Part shown: positions 11,801 to 24,678 of the stretch, one piece after another
How the letters are laid out: every line of letters starts with the position of its first letter
How positions within the stretch are numbered: position 1 is the stretch's first letter
Assembly: GCA_905178155.1 (NCBI GenBank)
Contig: CAJINV010000003.1
Location: 1,962,395-2,026,394, forward strand
Source: Amoebophrya sp. A120
Taxonomy: Eukaryota > Protista > Dinoflagellata
Reading direction: 5' to 3'
DNA: 64,000 nucleotides
Made by a program: the position numbers and the translations under genes
The notes under the pieces: generated by a model
Told to the model about the DNA's origin: nothing
The model's database searches: none
Seen by the model: only the letters and a program-made list of their open reading frames with translations

Positions 11801-14800
11801 TGCACAGCTCCCCCTCCCCCTCATTTGTCATGCTAAACTTCAAATCCAGGCGCTGCCTTGTGGCACTGTTTGCATGACAGACTCCGGAAGCCCAAAAAAT
11901 AGTACTACACTCGTCCTGTGCAAGTTTGTCATGCAAAACCGCCACTCGTGCTGACGCTTGTATTGCCGTTCATGCTATACAAATGAGGGGGAGGGGGAGT
12001 TGTGCACTTTCATAGGTTGTTGCTGTGCTTCATCAGGTCCACGGCCTCGGAGGGCGGCGTGTCCTGGTTCTTGAGCAGCCACCCAGTGTATCCTGAGTAA
12101 AAACGTCCCCACACCAGAGTCAAGATGCGAAATCTGCTAGACAAATCAACCAGCTTTGCTTGTTTGGCATGACAAGTTTGTCCTCGTAGTGTAATCCTTT
12201 TTTGCTAGTTCAGAAGCATCACAGATCTAGCATAGCCTGCTGATTCTAGCATCACAAATTCCGAAACACGAACAGCAAATGCTTCTCATAGGGCTCCGCA
12301 TGAGAAACTTTTTTGGCATGCAGAATTGCATGACAACTATGGGGAGGTGGGGACGTTTTTACAAATGATACAGTGCAGTTGTACTTCACTTCGCCCGCAT
12401 AGTGGTCCAGCGTGAACTCCACACTGTCTGCGTGCCGCATCGGCTTGTAGCGAGCCTTGCTGGACGACGACGAGGACGACGACGAGCTCGGCGTAGAGTC
12501 CGAGGAACCGGCGGGCGGGGTCCCGCCAAAAGCCTTGGTGCACTTCGCGACGTAGGTTTTGTCAGTCGCTTTTGGCACCGACAACTCCTGGTCCAGCAAA
12601 GACATCAAGCCCGCTTTGCCCTGAATCAACTCTAGGATGTCCTCGTTGTCTGCAAACTTGATTTCGTCTATCGCGACCCCCTCCGCTTGGTAATCGGCCA
12701 TTTCGGTCTTGAAGACGAATGCGTTGAAGTGTTGCTGCAGGCACTCGTTCGACAGGTTGATGCACAGCTGCTCCCAGCTGTTGTGCTCAAAATGCTCGAA
12801 ACCGGCGATATCGAGCAACCCAATGCGCCGGAATTCCTTTGAGGAGCCGGCTGCATTTTCAGTATTTGTGCATGTTGACAGCAAGAGGTGGTGAAATCGT
12901 AGATTTTGATTCTGCCAAGTAGACGCGAGAACAACTGCAGAAAATGAGCAAGCAGTTCGTTGTGCGGAAAACGAAAATGGAGCGGCAAATGATATTCGAT
13001 AAAGCCAATCCACCACCTTAGTAGAACTTCAACTTCTCTACCTGTGTCTGCCACGAGCGTGACGTTGAGCCGCTGCACCAGCCAGCGAAAGAGCTTTCCG
13101 TAGAAGAGTTTCATGGTTACGTCCCTGGACACGTGCGCCTTCGCCGAGGGCTGGGGCGCGTGCGTGACGTCCTTCCCGACGACCAATCGTTTGAAGGCCA
13201 GCGACGAGAGCAACGTCTCACTGTCGCACGAAAAGCACGCGGCGGCCTTGCTGCAAGCCTCGGCGTCTTGGATTTTGCACCCCTCGCCCCCGTTCACCTC
13301 CGCGTCCTGGAACACGCAATTGCTCATGTGGAGGAGACCCGCGACGATGGAGAACATGGCCTGGCACTCTTTCGACGACAACCCGAGCTCCTGCAGTGCG
13401 GACTGGAGCTGCTCCCAGTCCTCCGCGTCGTTGATGCCGTCCGCGTTCGTGCAGGCGTTCTTGAGGCACTGGTAGTCCTTCGGGTTGTCCGAGTCCAAAT
13501 GAAACTCGTCGCTGCTGCTCCCCGCACCCGCGAGCAGGCTGTAGAAAATGTGGTAGTTGCGCTCCACGGAGGATTGGTCGATCACGCGCGTCGTCTCCAA
13601 AAGGTAATCGGTGATCGAAGCCCCCATAATGGAAAGGTTCGTATCGAACTTTACCTGAAGTTGTTGCAGTTACAGGAGTACAATCAAAGGAGAGCGTCAC
13701 TCACTTTTCAGATGAATATAAGTGCAAGTAGATCTTCCAAGCATATTCTCATGCTCGGGCGCTCTTGATTCTCTCTTTTTGTATAGACAAACAAAAGAGG
13801 AAGAATGTGACCTCTGGAGTTACATATTCGACAGCAAAAGCGGCACTCGCTACCAGTGCGTAAGCATAAGTACCTCGCACCACTTTCCGAACCGGGAGCT
13901 GTTGTTGTTTCTTGAAGTTTTTGCGTTTCCGAAGGCTTCCATGAGAGGGTTTGTAGAGAGGATCTTTGCCTCGATACCCGCCCGGCTGCCCGCTACTTCG
14001 GCAATGTACCCGAGGACGGTCTTTGTGGATTCGGTTTTCCCCGCACCGGACTCGCCGGAGATCAGGATCGCCTGGTCCTTACCCGAGTCAAAGAGCCCCT
14101 GGATGGCGTTCGCGCCGATGGAGTAAATGTGCGGCGAAAGTTCCGTGGTGTCCGTATGGATGTGTCAGGAGGATTGAAATCGACAAAGTTGTCATGCATT
14201 AAATGCAACGCAAAAACTGTCTTTATTGCAGAGGACGCAAGGGAGGCAGATTGTAAGCCTGTTGAGGTGTAGAAATAGAGCTGCTAAAGTAGCATGACAA
14301 AACGCGTCGCATTTACCCAAACAGCATGACAAACTGGATTTAGGCTCTACCCAAGTTTGTCATGCGCCACTTGGAAACTGGGCTTCAATTGGCATCCATT
14401 TTATGCATCACAAACTAAAACTATTTCAACCTTGACGATTTCAATCCTGACGCTTCCATAGTCCGCCGCTTTGGCGTAGACATCCACGATTTCCGAGGAG
14501 TACAGGTTGAGCATCTGGTATCGCAAGAAAAAACTGTTTCACTGTGAACTTGTGATGCAGAAAGTGCATCTGAGAAGTGTTTGTCTTGCTACACATGCAA
14601 GACAATGGATTTCTGGCTGTGTTTTCCCTTAGGAATCTCGCATGGCAAATTTTCTCTGTGATGTAGAGCAAACCTGTGATGCAAAACCTGCAAAATCCTT
14701 ACAGTGAAACACTTTTTTCGTACGATATCTGGAACGGGTTTACCGCAATCACGATGGAGGACACATTCGAGTATATCTCGTCGCGAGCGTACCTGGATTT

Positions 14801-15178
14801 TCGTGAAAGTTGTAAACTTTTCGTGCGATTATAGCGATTGGTTTATCTTTATTCCGCACAAGCACAGGTAACTCTTTCATGCAGATAACACAGTGGAAGT
14901 TGCTTCTTCATCTTGTTATCTATTTTTTCACTTTATACGATAGTTTACCTTTTTCTCAATGTTTCCAGAATAGCCCCAGGGGAAACCGTTTCCATGGAAA
15001 CGATATTGCCCACGCCTTGCAGGTGCTCATCGTGCACCACCCCAAGAGTTTCTGAGGTGGGCAAGACGACGGTGTCTCCATTATCGCACGTGTACGTAGT
15101 CTTGCCGTCGCCTTCTTCCGACACAAAGCCTGGCGTGAAGACCAGGCTCTTGTGGGGCACCCAGAATTTCTCCGACAT
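5861..15178 (-). CDS. Myosin heavy chain A: motor, IQ, MyTH4, FERM-like domain, K/E-rich tail
   Basis: After splicing: NPFQMLNLY, GESGAGKTE, NNNSSRFGK, LLDIAGFE, PHFIRCIKPN, GKTKVF, IQRVYRG, EIYLQLMKQINNNP (MyTH4), then a FERM-like region. Seven TIR elements plus inferred GT-AG introns at 14793-14948, 13655-13873, 12851-13041, 11185-11346, 10357-10526, 9858-10061, 8025-8455, 7165-7279, 6764-6952 and 6345-6505. Confidence 0.92.
7701..7852. mobile_element. TIR intron element, family 4 (152 bp), myosin A
   Basis: Imperfect TIR (TGCAAAAGCATCGTACTCGTA / TACGAGTACGAGACTTTTGCA); TSD TCGTT; removal gives FEVTT|SPDNDGSSNVKKIPV. Confidence 0.85.
8618..8925. mobile_element. TIR intron element, family 2 (308 bp), myosin A
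   Basis: TIR TATGGGAGTGTCAGAGTTGAAATCGACAAAGTTGAAATA (few mismatches); TSD TTCAT; removal gives RNILGWMN|DRPV, matching RNILGWMTDHPV in the paralogues. Confidence 0.92.
9008..9275. mobile_element. TIR intron element, family 1 (268 bp), myosin A
   Basis: Ends TATCAAATGTAAAA...TTTTACATTTAATA; TSD CGGAA; removal gives WSRSKLP|GPLSILP. Confidence 0.9.
11793..12014. mobile_element. TIR intron element, family 3 (222 bp), myosin A
   Basis: TIR TATGACAGTGCACAGCTCCCCCTCCCCCTCATTTGT (2 mismatches); TSD GGTTG; removal gives KHSNN|LILQKIG. Confidence 0.92.
12089..12370. mobile_element. TIR intron element, family 5 (282 bp), myosin A
   Basis: Ends TATCCTGAGTAAAAACGTCCCCAC...GTGGGGACGTTTTTACAAATGATA; TSD CAGTG; removal gives HYAGEVKYNCT|GWLLKNQD. 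Confidence 0.9.
14155..14460. mobile_element. TIR intron element, family 2 (306 bp), myosin A, inverted relative to 8618-8925
   Basis: Ends TATGGATGTGTCAGG...CCTGACGCTTCCATA; TSD GTCCG; removal gives YAKAAD|TTELSPHIYSI. Confidence 0.9.
14519..14727. mobile_element. TIR intron element, family 6 (209 bp), myosin A
   Basis: Ends TATCGCAAGAAAAAACTGTTTCACTGT...ACAGTGAAACACTTTTTTCGTACGATA; TSD TCTGG; removal gives AVNPFQ|MLNLY. Confidence 0.88.
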
Positions 15179-17382
15179 GACGACAGCTTTCGACAGCTTT
15201 GATCAACGACCACGAGATGAACAAGAGAAGAATCCTGTAAAAAGAACTTTACGGGACGAGCAAGGCGACCGCGCGCTGCTCCTCGTGGTCCATGCAACAC
15301 TATTGCGCCACTGTCTCGTCCTACTCGTGTTGTAGGATCGATCCTCAGGGCTTTGATCGTGGTGTCGTCGTGATGGAGCAAGTGGCTCCTTACGTCGTAA
15401 TACAACTGCTTCCCAGCCCCAGGTCGTTCAAGAAACTAATTGTTTGACGTTTCCTTCAGTCTTTTGTTCGAACAATATCGCCGCAAGGACTGGTGCGACG
15501 CCTTTCAGAAAAACCAAAGGTGGAACTCCCGGACGATGTTGATGGCGCCGCGCTCAAAATAACTCGTTCGATGGCTCGACGATGTTGATCAGACAAGCGT
15601 CCTGCAGCCATCCTGTTTGTAGCGGCACCATTGTTCTTGTAACCGAGTGCGATCCCCATCTTCCTGGGTCGCCACTCCTAATCTTGTTCACGGGAGAGGA
15701 AAGTTGTAACACGACGAATGGAAATAGATCTAGATGCAGGAAAATTCAACCGAGCTCATACTAGCGCATGGCTTGATTGCGGCGGAGAGCGCCAGTCAGA
15801 CAAAGAGCTGAGGGAGAATAGATCTTCTGGCGAACCACGAAAATCTTGGAACATCCATGGAGGCCACCATGCGGCATATTTCCTTAAGAACTGAAATTTT
15901 CATTATGCATCTCGTAATAGACGAGGAAGCAGCTGCAGCTCTCCTACTAGGCCAGTAAAATACCAGGAACCGCGCAATAAGCACTGGCACTGCTACAACT
16001 ACCCGTTGTTGCATTCACAAAACAGGCACGGAAGCCGCGGTCGCGGATAGAGAACACAGTTGTCCATCATGTGGAAAACACGAAAAAGCTGCACTCAGGC
16101 GTAGCAGTAGCGGGGACGACTAGATGTACTTAGTTTTGGAAAAGAAAAGTGGAGGTATTGTCTTGTAGCACCCAGAATTCTGTTCATTGCAATGGTGCGC
16201 TTCATTTTGCATTTTCTGTTTGGAAGTCGCTACCTTCTAGATATCATGCGGTGCTAATAATTGTAATTCCGAGCCCGGGATCTACTAGACTGCTGCAGTC
16301 TAGCTGTGCAGACGCAGAGTTAATGTTCACTCTTCCTTTTTCACAACAAAATGTTGTGGGCTTTCTGGAAAATTGCCTCAAAGTAAATCTTGAGATAGAC
16401 CTTGCGCGACTAGTACCCGGCTCCGATAATTCATGCTGATTCCACCTTCTACTTTGACAGCCAAACTAGAAAGACAAATTTTTCGTACTTCGATAATTGG
16501 AAGAGCTCTGTAATTTTAGTACTATGCGCGAGAATGTAGTGCTGCTCTTACTTTACAAATACAAGTAGTTAGTCGTTCTTCTTGGGGGTTTCTCAGTACA
16601 ACAATAAAAAATGCATTGCGGGGGGTTGTGAGTGCGACTGTGGCTCTCGACAGAAGCGTTCATCTCGTGCGCTAACGCTATGGAGTTGTTGCATTTTTCA
16701 TCCGTAAACATATGATGATCGCCGTTGGGTCGGACTCTGATCGTCGTCGTGAAGTAGGGTTTTCTGAAATTTTATGTAAAGATACCGAAAAAGATGTGCA
16801 AATGTGAACGAAAAAATGAACTAAATAAACAACTGACCGTGGCTACTTCACCCTTTATTGCGCACGGAATTAGTTTAGTATCCTACATGAATTACAACCA
16901 AAAAGAAGCACAAGCACAGCCTGAACTTTATGAATTGTAATTTAGTGTACAATGGAGCAAGGCGTTCGCGGTCCTCGTGACAACGTGAGCGCCAGAATAA
17001 GTAGACAGACGTCTAGAAGAAGTGTAATCTATGTATAAAAACGAAAAAGGAACTCAAAAGTTGAACGATGTGTAAAAAACTGTTGCGATGGTTTTCAACT
17101 GTGTTTTGTGTGTTGTGATGTATCAGACAAAAAAGAAAATGACTACTGACTCACGCAGCGGGTTGCATAGCATTTACCTTACGACCACGACATCGCAAGC
17201 GAGTTTTAGTTTATGACTCGCGAACGTCGTCGAAATAACAAGATCGCTAGTGCTACACCAGACTGCAAATTTCATGTACAAAATTCCTTGAGTAGGTAAG
17301 TACTTATGTGAAAAACATGTAAAGAAGAATGTTGATTTTCGTACGTGTGGCGATAAAAATTCTGAAATGCTTTATCTTCCGC

Positions 17383-20300
17383 CTATTTCTTCTTGTCCTT
17401 TTTGTCATCCTTCTTTTCCTTTTTGTCGTCCTTCTTTTCCTTCTTATCCTTCTTGTCGCCTTCGGATTTTCGTTTTTCTCGTTCGTCCTTCTTGTCCTTT
17501 TTGTCCTTGCCCTTCTTTTTGCCGCTCTCCTCCTCCTCGGCTCGGTCGAGGAACTTGACGATTTCGTCCGCCTTCTCACTTTCCAACACCATGTACACAT
17601 CCCCCTGCGGGATGTTCATGGCCAGCGAGACCCGGTTCTTGACCGCCGCCCACGCGCGAATCTTGTGTCGGTGCGAGTCCCCGTACCCGAACTTCGCCAG
17701 CTCTTTTCCGTCCTTGCTGTCGAAAAGCGTAACATCCGTGCAGGTGACCGCCATCAACATGGACGCCGCACCCAAATCCGTGATGGTCTCCACGCGGATC
17801 TGGGACACCCCCTCCAGCCCCTCCGGCTTGCTGCCCACTTTCTGCACGCAGGGAAACTGGCGCGAGGCAAAGGCTTTTAAATTCTGGTGCGCCTTCAGCA
17901 CGCGGGACATGCGCTCCAGTTTCGGCTTCTCCTCCTCCTTCTTCCAGTCGCTCTCGTAGGCCTTCTGCACCAATTTCACCCACTCGTCCTTGCTCTTGGC
18001 CTTGATGCACTTCTTCGGCACCAGGGACTCGATGGTCTTTTCGTCGATGACCGGGACGCCGCTGTCCCCGCGCCAGAAGAACGCGTTGCCCGCGCCCACC
18101 TTGGCGATGCGCGACTCGTCCTCCGGGACCGCATAGTAGTAGAACTCCGCCACGGCCTGGCCGACGATCATGTCCGAGAAGGCCATGTCCGCGGACTGAA
18201 TCTTCTCCTTGGGGCGCAGCATCCGTTTTTTCAAGACCATCTTGTTCTTCTTGCACACCTTCCCGACGCTGGCCTCGTCCGGGGCCGGCTCGTCCATGTC
18301 CACGCGGAACACCTGGAAGTGCTCCACGTCGGTGGACAGGGAAAAGGCGGAGATCGCCTTCTTGTTCAGCTGCTTCATGGTGTCCTTGGCCTGCATTTTG
18401 ATGATCTGCGGTTTCCGCACCTCTTTCTCCGCAATCATGTCGAAGCTGTCACAGGTGTACACCTCGACCTTCATCTCCGCGTCGCCCGCCGGGGCGGCCT
18501 CCTCCTCCTCCTCCCCGGACTTGCCCCAGTTCTGGAGGCAGTCCTTGCACTGCTTCACCACGTTGAAGATCTCGCGGGAGTGGTCATCGTCCAGCCCGCG
18601 GTACTCCAGTTCGTAGCGCACGAGGAACGCGTCGATGTAGTTCTTGAAATTCGGAATCGGTTGCGCCAGCTTGCACATGAACACCATCAACTTCCACCCC
18701 AGCAGCCGGGACCGCTGCCCCGGGTTGTTGTTGATCTGCTTCATCACCTGCGCGTACATCTCGGTGCACAGCTCCTCGCGCTGGTCGCGGGCCTTCCACA
18801 CGATCGCGTACGCCAGCGGCGCGCGCCGCTTCTCGTCGACCGGGTGGTCCGTCATCCAACCGAGAATGTTGCGGTACGCGGACAGAGCGGTGGTAGCTTG
18901 CTTCTGGTTGTCGATCTGTGTTTCAGTTTGAAATTTTCATGAAAATATATGTTTTTCTTTTTTAATTTTATCCCTACCCGTCCGATCGGGTGCCCCATGT
19001 ATGGTTCGCTGCCACCGAGGACAATTTTACATGGCCCTAGAAATTTGCGTTTCGAGCACAACCAGCACAACGACCAAAAAAAGTCGTGTGCATTTACATC
19101 ATGAGTAAGGACCGACACAGAGATGCCGCGCTTTCCGATAACGTGCGTACATACCAAATATAGCCGCCGGGGCGGGGGTAGTGAGGTCGTGGGCGTTTTT
19201 TTTCCGACCGCCGCCTTGGCCGCGGCTTTGCTTTTTCTGGGCTCGCCATACCGCCGTGAGTAACGTTATGCCGCACGGTATGGCGGTCACTTGAGAAACG
19301 TCACAAATTTTGGCACATTTCCAAAATTCCTTTCCGAAAGCGAGCCCCCATGCTATGGGGCCGATCCGGGCGCCACGGGGGGCGCCCAAAAAGCGAAGAA
19401 AAATCGGGCCCGTAGCATGCGGGTTGGCTTTGCGCGTCTGGCGCGCTTTTTCTCTTTTGCGTTTTTATTTTCACGCCGGCGCTTTTTGCAAAGCTCCCCA
19501 GGCTCTGAAACCGGCGAAAAGACGGCCGCTTTCGCGGCCGCCCAAAATGCTTCGAAATCGCGGCCGTGCCATGCTGTTGCGCTGTTCTGATTTTGGGCGC
19601 GTTTTTTGCGCGCCTCTTTTTGGGCGCCCCAAATCGCCAGAAACTAAGGCGGTGGGCTCCGCAGAAGGGCGCCCCTTTTGCCGGCTCCCCTGCGTCGTTT
19701 TATCAAGTGCGAGTCGATAGTTTTCGACCGGGCTTGTTTGATATCAAAGCCCCGCCCGCTTGATAATTGAAATTTTTTTATGTCAAAAAACGCTTTCGGC
19801 CGCTTGAAAACTGCCGGTCGTTTTGCTGGCTGGGTGGCAAAAAAACTCCCCGGTTAGAACCGTTCGGTGACCTCACTACATACTATTGCAGCTGCTGGTG
19901 CTATGCACAGACTCAAAGAACTCTACGCAATGGATGAAGATGAACCATATAGCGGTGGATGTAGACTTCAATATGCTCCTGCATATTTTCATCACCTCCG
20001 CGAAAGAACTAGTAGTAGATACCTTCGTCAAGGTGCCGTTGAGTTTGTGCTTGGACCAGGAGAGCGTGCCATTGGGTTCCATGGGCATGACTTTGGTGCC
20101 GTCATCCGTGTACACAGGTTTGACCACAGCCGGGTTGATGTTCTCGAACTTCGAGAAGTCTCCGTACAGGTTGATGAGTTGCATTTGTGCTTCGTCCCCG
20201 GCCATGTTTCCGCCCCGGGTGGCGGCTTTCACCGCTTTGTCGGACACGTCCAACAGCTCCTGGTCGCAGCCTGCGTCCTTGCCCGCCCGCATCAAATTGG

Positions 20301-23300
20301 TGCACGCCGTGATCAGTTTCAGCTTCTTCTTCTCGTCCTTCTCCGCCTTCAACGCCTTGACGGAGGCCCCCAACTTCGCGGCCACGAAATCCGGATCGCG
20401 CAACTTGTTCATCACGTCGCGCTGTTCCGCGATGTCCTCAGGCGACACGCCGTTCTCCAGGCACTCCTTGATGTGTTTTTCAATTTCCCCGAAGTCATAC
20501 GTCGCCACGGCCTCGTTCAGAGCGTCCAAGAACTTCGGGTCAATCTCCTTCACCACCGTCATCTTGCGTCCCGCGGACAAAAGTTTTTTCAGTTCCTCCG
20601 TCAAAGCCTCCACCTCCTTCGCGTTGCCCGAGGCCTTGGCCGCCTCCAGCTTCTTGCGAATCTCATCGATCTTCTGCTGCTCGCTCTTCTCGTCCAGCTT
20701 ATCCAGTGCCGCCATGTCCACCTTGCCCTTCACGTTGTTCCACTCCTTCACGACCCGAGCAGCGTGTTCGAAGGCGTTCTCGTCCAGCCACTTGCCCTGG
20801 TCCTTGTCCAATCCGTTCTTCTCCAGCTGTTGTTTTTAATCATATATACGAAGACCGATCGAGGAGAGGTGGACGATAGTAGAAGTAGAACCCCAACCCC
20901 TTCAAGGTGGACCGTGGATGCATGCAAAATTGAAATCGTATTCGTTATCAAAATATCGAAGTTCAGTAGCATGTAGTATGTGTAAAAATACTTAAGTAAG
21001 TACCGTTTCAACAATGAGTTTGGCGCGTTTGCAGGAGGACAGGTCGGAGGGGTTCAGGGGCAGCTTCAGCCCTTTCATGCCGTTCATCAGGGGCACCTGC
21101 GTGACCAGCTTTTTCAAGCGCTCACTCATTTCCTTGATGATTGCGTCTTCAATTTTCAGTGCGGTGAGCTCGCCCACCGCCTTCTCCAGGGCCATGATGT
21201 CGAAAGACTTGCGCAGATCCCCCGCGTCCTTGTATACTGCGTATTCCTTCTCCAGCTTCTTGACCGCGCCCAGGAAGGTCGCGTCCGCCACCTTCACGAA
21301 CGTGATGCCCTCGCACTCGCGAACCCACCCGTTGGCCTGGTCCACGTTCTTCTTCATGGTGGCCACATCCTTCATCAAGGACATGGCGGACGTGTTCGGG
21401 CCGGTGTAAAGCGGGTACTGCTTCATGAAGGCACTGATCAGCTTCTTCAGTTCGCGCGCGCGCTTCATTTTCTTGCGGATGCGGAAGCCGCGGTACATCT
21501 TCTGGATGATGATCGCCTTGGCGATCTTCGCGTACCGGGCTTTCTCGTCCAGCAGCTGCAGACCCTTCATGCGGATCATCACCTTGGTCTTCCCCATCTG
21601 GTACTCAATTTTCAGTTCTGGGTGCCCGAAGGCGTCCGCCATGCCGCCCAAGATCTCCTTGATGATGGCCGGATCTGCGTTCTTGGCGGCCAGCTTCTTC
21701 CCCACCTTCTTCTCCGCGGCGGCGCGCAGCGGCCCCGGGAGGCAGCAGCGGTACTTCCGCAAAAAATCATCTGGGGGCGCACGGTAGGGGTAACCCTGGC
21801 GACGGATCTTGACCAGCTCCATCACACCCGAGTAGATCAGCTGCTCCAACACCTTCTTCTTAGTGAAAATGTTCGGCTTCTTCTCGTCGTTCGGCTTGAT
21901 GCAACTGTAGTTGTTTCAATAGTGAAGTTTCAATTTGCTTCCGAGCAACACCATGGTCTGGCCGTGTGAAACTGCTCAGCTTGGCCCGTACCGCGGCCGT
22001 GCGTTATGGTCATTGCTGACCATGAGTTGTGAAGTTTTAGACCTACCAGGTCCAGGGCCGGCACAATTACATTTACATCCTACTCCCAAATGTTGTATTT
22101 CTATACATGTAATATGAACACCTCACACTCACTCGTAAAAATGATGTACTTAAGTACACGAACTGCATTTATCGTAAAGTTCACTTTTACAAAGACGCAC
22201 TGATAGCACATAAATCTGTAGTATGAGTACCGAACGAAGTGTGGCTCGGCCGACTGAATCTTCTCCATCAAGACCTTCAGCGAGTCGCGGAAGAGCTTCG
22301 ACACCGTGGCCTTCTGTTTCTTTCCTTCTTCCGCTAAGCCGTCGGCGATGACCTTCAGTAAAGCGTTCTTGGTGGTAGACAGCACGTCCACGGCTTCCGG
22401 CGGAGGTTCGTCCTTGTTCTTCTCGTTGACCCACTTCGCGACGTCGTATTTTACGTAGCCGGCGTAATGGAGCAGCGTGAATTCGGGCTTGCCAAATTTG
22501 TCCGGAGTGTACCATTTGTTCTTCTTGTCCGCCATGACCTTGTTCAGTTTGTCGATGAATTTTTTGTCTGCCTTCGCGTTGTCGTTGGGCATACCCTTGG
22601 ACTCGTCGTCGCAAATGGCCATAATCGACTCTTTGGCGGCGGCAATCGTGTCCAGAATCTCCTGGTTGTCCGCGAACACGATGTCCTCGCAGGGGACACC
22701 CTCAGCCTTGTAATCCCGGAGCTCTCGCTTGAAAATGTAGTCGTTGAAGTGCTGTGAGAAGGTTTTTGTGGACAAATTCAAATCAGTGCTTAATATGCAG
22801 AAGGAGCGCACAATTTCAATTTGAGATGACCAATAATATCGATCAGTGCATCAAGTAACACCTCAACCCAAGCAGGACCGCCATCAAAGATGGCATTATA
22901 CGCTGGAAAAACTAACATGAAGATATCGTCGCAGAGTTGAAACAAAACGAAGTCGTCGGAAGCAGAAGACAGAGTATTCTGCGACTAGCACTAGACCTAA
23001 TCCTAAGCTTATTGTTTCATAATTAACTCGAAATCTTTCTGACGGTCGTTTGAGTTGTACCTGCTGCAAGTTTTCGTTGGACAGGTTAATCGTGATTTGT
23101 TCCCAGGTGTTGAAGGGGAAGGATTCAAACCCGGCGATATCCAGCAACCCGATTTCGATTCCGCTGGCGCCGGCGTCCCCGGCAATGACCTTGTTCAGGT
23201 AGGCAATCATCCAGGTGAAGACCCGGGAGTAGATCAGGGTGGCCAAACCGTCGCGAGAGTTGGACGAGTCAACTACTTTCAGGGACTTGATCGTAATTTC

Positions 23301-24678
23301 CTTGCCGACCTGGAGCTTCTTCGAAACGCACGCCTTTTCGAGGATCCCCTGGTCCACCTCCAGCCCCGCGGCCGCCTCGGCGCCCCCGCTCGCGAACTTG
23401 GACGTGTCGTTTCCCGCGTCTTTGAAGACGATGTTGCCGAGCAGCAAAATCCCCGCCATGATCTTGAAAAACTGCTCCTTTTGGTCGTCCGGCATGAGAC
23501 AATCCTTCAGCGCGTGCAACACCTCCTGGTACTCGGCCTTGTCGTCGAAGCCGTCGGCCTTGGGGGACCCGCTCTTCAAAAAGCCGCAGTTCTTGGGGTC
23601 GGTTGGCACCTTGTACTTGCCCGGGTCTCCGTAGATCAGCATGTAGAAGATGTGGAAGTCGCGCTCCAGGGAGCTCTGCGCCAACACCCGCGACTTTTCC
23701 AACAGGTAGTCCACCACCGCGGCCCCCGCGATGTTGCCCGCTCCGTCGAAGTACAGGGCCGTCCACTTCCCGAACCGGGAGGAGTTGTTGTTTCGGGAGG
23801 TCTTCGCGTTGCCCATGGACTCCAGGATCGGGTTGCACTGCATGATGCGGTCCTGCACCCCGGTCTTGGACCCGGCGCAGTCGGCGAAGAACCCCAGCAG
23901 GATCTTGCACGCCTCCGTTTTTCCCGCCCCGGACTCCCCGGAGATCAAGATAGCCTGGTTCTGCTTGTCGATGCGACACCCGTCCAGCGACCACTTGCCG
24001 ATCGCGTAGGCGTGCGGGTCGTAGTCGTGCGGGTCGGACCCCTTTGCAAACTTGTCAATGTTCTCCGCGGTTTCGAGGTTTAGCCGCTGGAACGGGTTGC
24101 AGGACACAATGATGGTGTCGACGAAGGTGTACATCTTGTTCTTCGCGTAGCGGTCCTTCAGCGTCTGCAGCACGGCGGCGTTGGTCACGTTCCGGATCGT
24201 GGTCACGTCGTTCAATGCGGCGTAATGGTCGTCCTCCACGTCCGCTACCTCCTTCAACTGGTCGGGGGTCAACCCGATTTCCCCCGAGTCGGTCTTGTAC
24301 ATGGTCTATCAAATCTAAAAATGTCTGGGTCTGGAAAGATGCAACTTGTGATGCGCATTTCACATCACACAAAAATCTGTCATGCATGTAAGCCAAAAGG
24401 TGCACATTTCCGGCCACCGAAAGAAGGGCTTTGTCATGCGGATGACGCATTAGGAGACCTTCTCAAAACCTGTCATGCTAGGGCGTGCATGGTAGACCTT
24501 CTGGGTCATGCCAAAGCTGCATCACAAACCTCTGCATTTTTCCAGACCCAGACATTTTTACATTTGATATGGTCAGCTTCGTCACGCCCTTGATGTCTTT
24601 CTTCTCCTGCACTTGCCCCGTGGCCTTGGCCTCTGCGTACCCCTCCTCGGGGTGAGGAATCCAAACCTTCGTTGACAT
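17383..24678 (-). CDS. Myosin heavy chain B: motor, IQ, MyTH4, divergent FERM-like domain, K/D/E tail
   Basis: GESGAGKTE, NNNSSRFGK, DIAGFE, HFVRCIKPN, IQKMYRG, EMYAQVMKQINNNP. One TIR element and GT-AG introns at 22752-23060, 21905-22230, 20827-21003 and 18916-20022. Confidence 0.93.
24307..24569. mobile_element. TIR intron element, family 1 (263 bp), myosin B
   Basis: TIR TATCAAAT(C/G)TAAAAATGTCTGGGTCTGGAAA; TSD TGGTC; removal gives VTKLT|MYKTDSG; the paralogue C site is uninterrupted. Confidence 0.93.

Noticed and set aside
15400-17300. Short ORFs between myosins A and B
   Set aside because: No domain motifs, no joinable exon structure and no TIR/TSD pair found by eye.
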